This document shows positions 60,696 through 64,000 of a stretch of 64,000 bases of DNA, piece after piece. Source of the stretch: Candidatus Thorarchaeota archaeon (GTDB lineage: Archaea; Asgardarchaeota; Thorarchaeia; Thorarchaeales; Thorarchaeaceae); contig JBHLRS010000013.1 of NCBI GenBank assembly GCA_048882325.1, positions 25,375-89,374 of the forward strand. The letters run 5' to 3'. Under the pieces are notes generated by a model that had not been told where the DNA came from, searched no databases, and was given only the letters and a program-made list of their open reading frames with translations. The position numbers were made by a program, and so were the translations under genes. The number at the start of each line of letters is the position of its first letter. Within the stretch, counting starts at the first letter, position 1.

Positions 60696-61565
60696 CTACA
60701 GAGTTCTTGGTATCAATCGTGTATTGAGCCGGTCATAGTAATTGTCGTACATCCGAATGAACCTTGTCACCGTATCTGATTTCTTCATCCACACAGTTTC
60801 GAGAGGTTCTACATCCCATCGTGTCTGACCGTCAATTATTGCCAAACCTGATGCTCCTGGTTTTACTAGTTCGAGCTCCAACTTCGATTTGTCGGGGATC
60901 ACGATCGACTTCAATTCAAATCTTGGAGGACAAACGGGTACAAAGATCAAACCGTTGACATTGGGTGTGAGAATGGACCCACCTGCTGCAAGAGCATAAG
61001 CTGATGATCCTACAGGAGTTGCCAACATTGCACCATCAGCACGTCCATAATCCACATTCACACCATCTAGATACACTTGGAATGTAAGTAGACGACCGGG
61101 TATCTTTGATACGACATAGACCTCGTTGAGAGCCTCCTCAAAGACCCTATCACCAACTCCAGAGCTAATATTCACGTTGTGTTCAATTACACATTCTCTA
61201 TTCAGTATCTTTTCCAATGAAGTGAAGACCGATTCTGTGTTGCTTTCTGTTAGAAAACCCACATGTCCACGGTTTATGCAGAAAAGTGGAGTTTCCCTAT
61301 CCTTGAGTGTAGAGATAGTATGGAGAATTGTTCCATCACCTCCGATGGTGATTGCAAAATCAACTTCCATTTCTTCGATTGGTGTGAATTGTGCATTTTT
61401 GTTGGTGATATTACATGATCCTGGATCTACATGTAGATTCAGCCCCTGCTTGATGAGGTAGTCTGCAACCTCATTCGCAATTCCTTCAATACCTACTCGA
61501 CCAGGTTTACAAACCAAACCAACAGTCTTCTTGTCTGTGAGTATCTGCGGGTTTTCTTCAATCAC
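60696..61565 (-). CDS. nadK: NAD+ kinase
   Basis: GGDGTIL, GHVGFL, ALNE, ADG..ATPVGSSAYALAAGG. Confidence 0.95.
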   Translation of the reverse strand: MIEENPQILTDKKTVGLVCKPGRVGIEGIANEVADYLIKQGLNLHVDPGSCNITNKNAQFTPIEEMEVDFAITIGGDGTILHTISTLKDRETPLFCINRGHVGFLTESNTESVFTSLEKILNRECVIEHNVNISSGVGDRVFEEALNEVYVVSKIPGRLLTFQVYLDGVNVDYGRADGAMLATPVGSSAYALAAGGSILTPNVNGLIFVPVCPPRFELKSIVIPDKSKLELELVKPGASGLAIIDGQTRWDVEPLETVWMKKSDTVTRFIRMYDNYYDRLNTRLIPRTL

Positions 61566-61711
61566 CAGTAAGCACTCCCAAGCTTGGCCTTTATCTAGCC
61601 CCTTTTACAGTTATTGTACAGGAAAGAAAACTTCAACGCCCTCAAATATATATAGATGAAACAAATGGAGTGGACTAACACAGGTCTGCAAGACTAAGTT
61701 GGTGAATTAGA

Positions 61712-62113
61712 GTGAGCATTAAGAAGTCTGAGGCCAAGAGCCTAAAGCCCGGAAGCTACTTCTTGATTGAAGGAGAACCGTGCAGAGTCGTATCAATTGA
61801 AAAATCAAAGCCTGGTAAGCACGGCGCCGCAAAGGCAAATATCGTTGCTATTGGCTTCTTTGACAATCGGAAACGTAATGTCATCATGCCAGCAGACCGG
61901 ATGGTCGATATTCCGCTCATTGACAAGACTAGCGCGACAGTCATTGCTGACATGGGAGAAACATATAGTCTCATGGATAGTGAAACCTACGAAACCTATG
62001 AGGTTCCAAAACCAACAGATGAAGAAATAGCTTCAAAGATGGAACTGAATGTCGCAGTGGAAGTCTGGGATGTTATGGGGAGAAAGGTCATCACTAGGGT
62101 CAAGACCTCATAG
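61712..62113 (+). CDS. eif5a: Translation factor aIF5A
   Basis: KSKPGKHGAAK hypusination motif. Confidence 0.96.
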   Translation: MSIKKSEAKSLKPGSYFLIEGEPCRVVSIEKSKPGKHGAAKANIVAIGFFDNRKRNVIMPADRMVDIPLIDKTSATVIADMGETYSLMDSETYETYEVPKPTDEEIASKMELNVAVEVWDVMGRKVITRVKTS

Positions 62114-62141
62114 TTCCTGAAACATCTTTTCGTGGTAAGGG

Positions 62142-62591
62142 ATGTTTTACATGGGGTCAGTAGAAAAAATCGATAAGCATGACCTTAGTATAATTGAGAT
62201 GCTCACCAAGAATGCTCGTTGCTCTCTAAGAGATATGGCCGCTGTGGTGAACCTTAGTCCCAGTTCTATTCGAAACAGAATGGAGCGACTAGTTGACATT
62301 GGAGTCATTAAGAGATACACTCTCGAGTTGGACCACAGAAAACTTGGATATGAGGTTCAGGTTGTTGCATTAATCACTTCAAAACCTAGTGAGTCAGATG
62401 TGATTTACAGAAAACTCTCAAGATACAATGAGGTTTCTAACGTTCTTAGAACATCAGGACCAGCGAACTTCATATGTATGATCCAAGTCCAAGATATCTC
62501 ACAACTTGCGAGATTCATCACCGGTGAACTTGAGAAATTGGATGGAGTTGAAAGGATAGAAACTATGTTCATTCTTCCACAAGAGGTGTAG
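62142..62591 (+). CDS. Lrp/AsnC family regulator
   Basis: IDKHDLSIIEMLTKNAR, GVIKRY, KLGY. Confidence 0.92.
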   Translation: MFYMGSVEKIDKHDLSIIEMLTKNARCSLRDMAAVVNLSPSSIRNRMERLVDIGVIKRYTLELDHRKLGYEVQVVALITSKPSESDVIYRKLSRYNEVSNVLRTSGPANFICMIQVQDISQLARFITGELEKLDGVERIETMFILPQEV

Positions 62592-62769
62592 TTGGAGAAT
62601 GATCATTAATCTAGGAAATACATCTTTTATTCACATCTTGAGATAATAGTAACTCCTGACGACAAGTAAATCCCGATTGGTGATGTCAGTTTTTCCGGCC
62701 ACATGAGTTGCAAAACTAAGAGTGAAAAACATAAAAGAGAATCGCAACAATTAACTATTGTGAATTATC

Positions 62770-63060
62770 ATGTACCTGATGATATCTCTGTTTCAGAGCG
62801 GTTTGTCAATGGAGGAGATTGAGAAGACCTCAGAAGAGAGGGCAGAGCAATACAGAAAGGTTCCCGGACTAGTTCAGAAATATTACGTGTTTGATAAAGC
62901 TCTGGGCCGTATTGGTGGTATCTTTGTCTTCGACACATTTGAGAATCTACAGGCATTTCAAGAATCAGATTTGGCTAGGAGCACAGCTGAAGCATACAAG
63001 TTTCAAGGAACTCCGCATGGCCGCGTACTTGAGATAGCAAAGGTACTTCGTGAGTCCTAA
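62770..63060 (+). CDS. YdhR-like putative monooxygenase
   Basis: VPGLVQKYY...GGIFVFD. Confidence 0.78.
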   Translation: MYLMISLFQSGLSMEEIEKTSEERAEQYRKVPGLVQKYYVFDKALGRIGGIFVFDTFENLQAFQESDLARSTAEAYKFQGTPHGRVLEIAKVLRES

Positions 63061-63108
63061 GTGACTTATCGGTAGTGGTGCTAAGAGCGAAACTCGACAG
63101 CATTTATA

Positions 63109-63870
63109 TTGAGCAGACCCTTTCAGTTTCAATGGTGGTGGTTGGTGAGGTCTGAATTCAAGCATGTGTCTACATTTCTCATTTTGACGATTTTTCTTGT
63201 GCCAAGCGTTTCTGTAGCAACATTTTCTGATCTTAAGTGGAAGGTCCAAGAAGGAGATGAGATTAGGTATCAAATCCGTGGGTATATTACCACCGGCAGT
63301 GTTGGTGATTTAACAATTGAGGATGAGATGTATTTTATAATAGATGATTTATCCGGAATTCCAATACCCGGTGTAAGTGGGGTATATACAGAAGGAGCCC
63401 CTTCCGTATCCGCGTACTGGAAGAATGATTCACTCATTTATGATGATGATTGGTTCCCTGACATATCTGTCATTAACGCAATTGTTGTTCGAGTAGGGAA
63501 TTGGAGTCTGTATTCTGAATTGACTTATGATTTCTTTGAATTAAGGAATGATCAATATTCATGGATAGAGCCACCCTATGAACCGTTCATGGTTTATCTG
63601 AACGAAAAAACGAATGTCTGGAATGTTACAGTAACATATTCCTCTCCGAGCGGAAGTCTCATGAGCATTTCATCATTCTCATATTCAAAGACTGATGGAG
63701 TGTTGAAAGAAGGTAGCTTTGTCTTTTTCTCTCAAAGTGAGCCTGGTGAAAGTTACTATCTTTCTATAACACAAATAGATAACGAACTCATAATGCTGTT
63801 TGGAATAATCATTATTGCAGCAATTCTGATTGCGCTCTCAGTTGTCATTATTCTTGTAAGGAAGAAATGA
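63109..63870 (+). CDS. Secreted, C-terminally anchored hypothetical protein
   Basis: LKWKVQEGDEIRY, YSKTDGVL, C-terminal TM plus RKK. Confidence 0.75.
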   Translation: MSRPFQFQWWWLVRSEFKHVSTFLILTIFLVPSVSVATFSDLKWKVQEGDEIRYQIRGYITTGSVGDLTIEDEMYFIIDDLSGIPIPGVSGVYTEGAPSVSAYWKNDSLIYDDDWFPDISVINAIVVRVGNWSLYSELTYDFFELRNDQYSWIEPPYEPFMVYLNEKTNVWNVTVTYSSPSGSLMSISSFSYSKTDGVLKEGSFVFFSQSEPGESYYLSITQIDNELIMLFGIIIIAAILIALSVVIILVRKK

Positions 63871-63874
63871 GAAT

Positions 63875-63993
63875 TGGTGCGGAGGGCGAGATTCGAACTC
63901 GCGATTAGGCCATGAGAGGAGAAATCCGCACATGTACTCCTACGAGACAGGGATCTGAGCCCTGCGCCTTTAACCTGGCTTGGCAACCTCCGC
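63875..63993 (-). tRNA. tRNA-Leu(CAG) with 31-nt intron (63905-63935) at the 3' side of the variable arm; CCA encoded
   Basis: GCGGAGG..CCAGGTTAAAGGCG CAGGG CTCAGAT CCCTG TCTCGTAGGAGT [intron] TC GCGAG TTCGAAT CTCGC CCTCCGC ACCA. Confidence 0.93.
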
Positions 63994-64000
63994 ATTCAAA

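Noticed and set aside
63756-63995. 79-aa minus-strand ORF
   Set aside because: Overlaps the tRNA-Leu gene; spurious.
1-64000. CRISPR arrays, rRNA, transposases, defence systems
   Set aside because: No regularly spaced repeats or recognisable motifs were seen.

Overview
Gene-dense archaeal chromosome segment. It is very likely from an Asgard archaeon (Thorarchaeota-like), inferred from class I LysRS, rpS26e, rpL13e, aIF5A, Nob1 and archaeal CCA enzyme together with many eukaryotic-signature-type proteins: Rab-, Arf- and MglA-like GTPases, longin/roadblock-wHTH proteins, Bet3/V4R proteins, and SNAP/TPR and PCI proteins. Four items stand out. (1) selD is a selenoprotein gene: the ORF track truncates it at an in-frame UGA (G-U-S-C-K), and a eukaryote-type SECIS hairpin uses the selD stop codon itself as its AUGA core. 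(2) A duplicated roadblock-wHTH + Bet3/V4R gene cluster flanks two membrane proteins and may be a proto-TRAPP-like module. (3) An NPRL2/uDENN-like longin-wHTH gene and a longin-Arf GTPase gene are separated by an unexplained ~190-nt highly structured RNA. (4) A tRNA-Leu(CAG) has a 31-nt intron at a non-canonical position. The ORF track also missed a >1000-aa secreted C25-peptidase-like protein running off the left edge and a 58-aa CdrS-like RHH protein. An AT-richer accessory stretch (~43-47 kb) contains gene relics. No CRISPR array, rRNA or intact transposase was seen. All family calls come from motif recognition by eye; no database searches were run.
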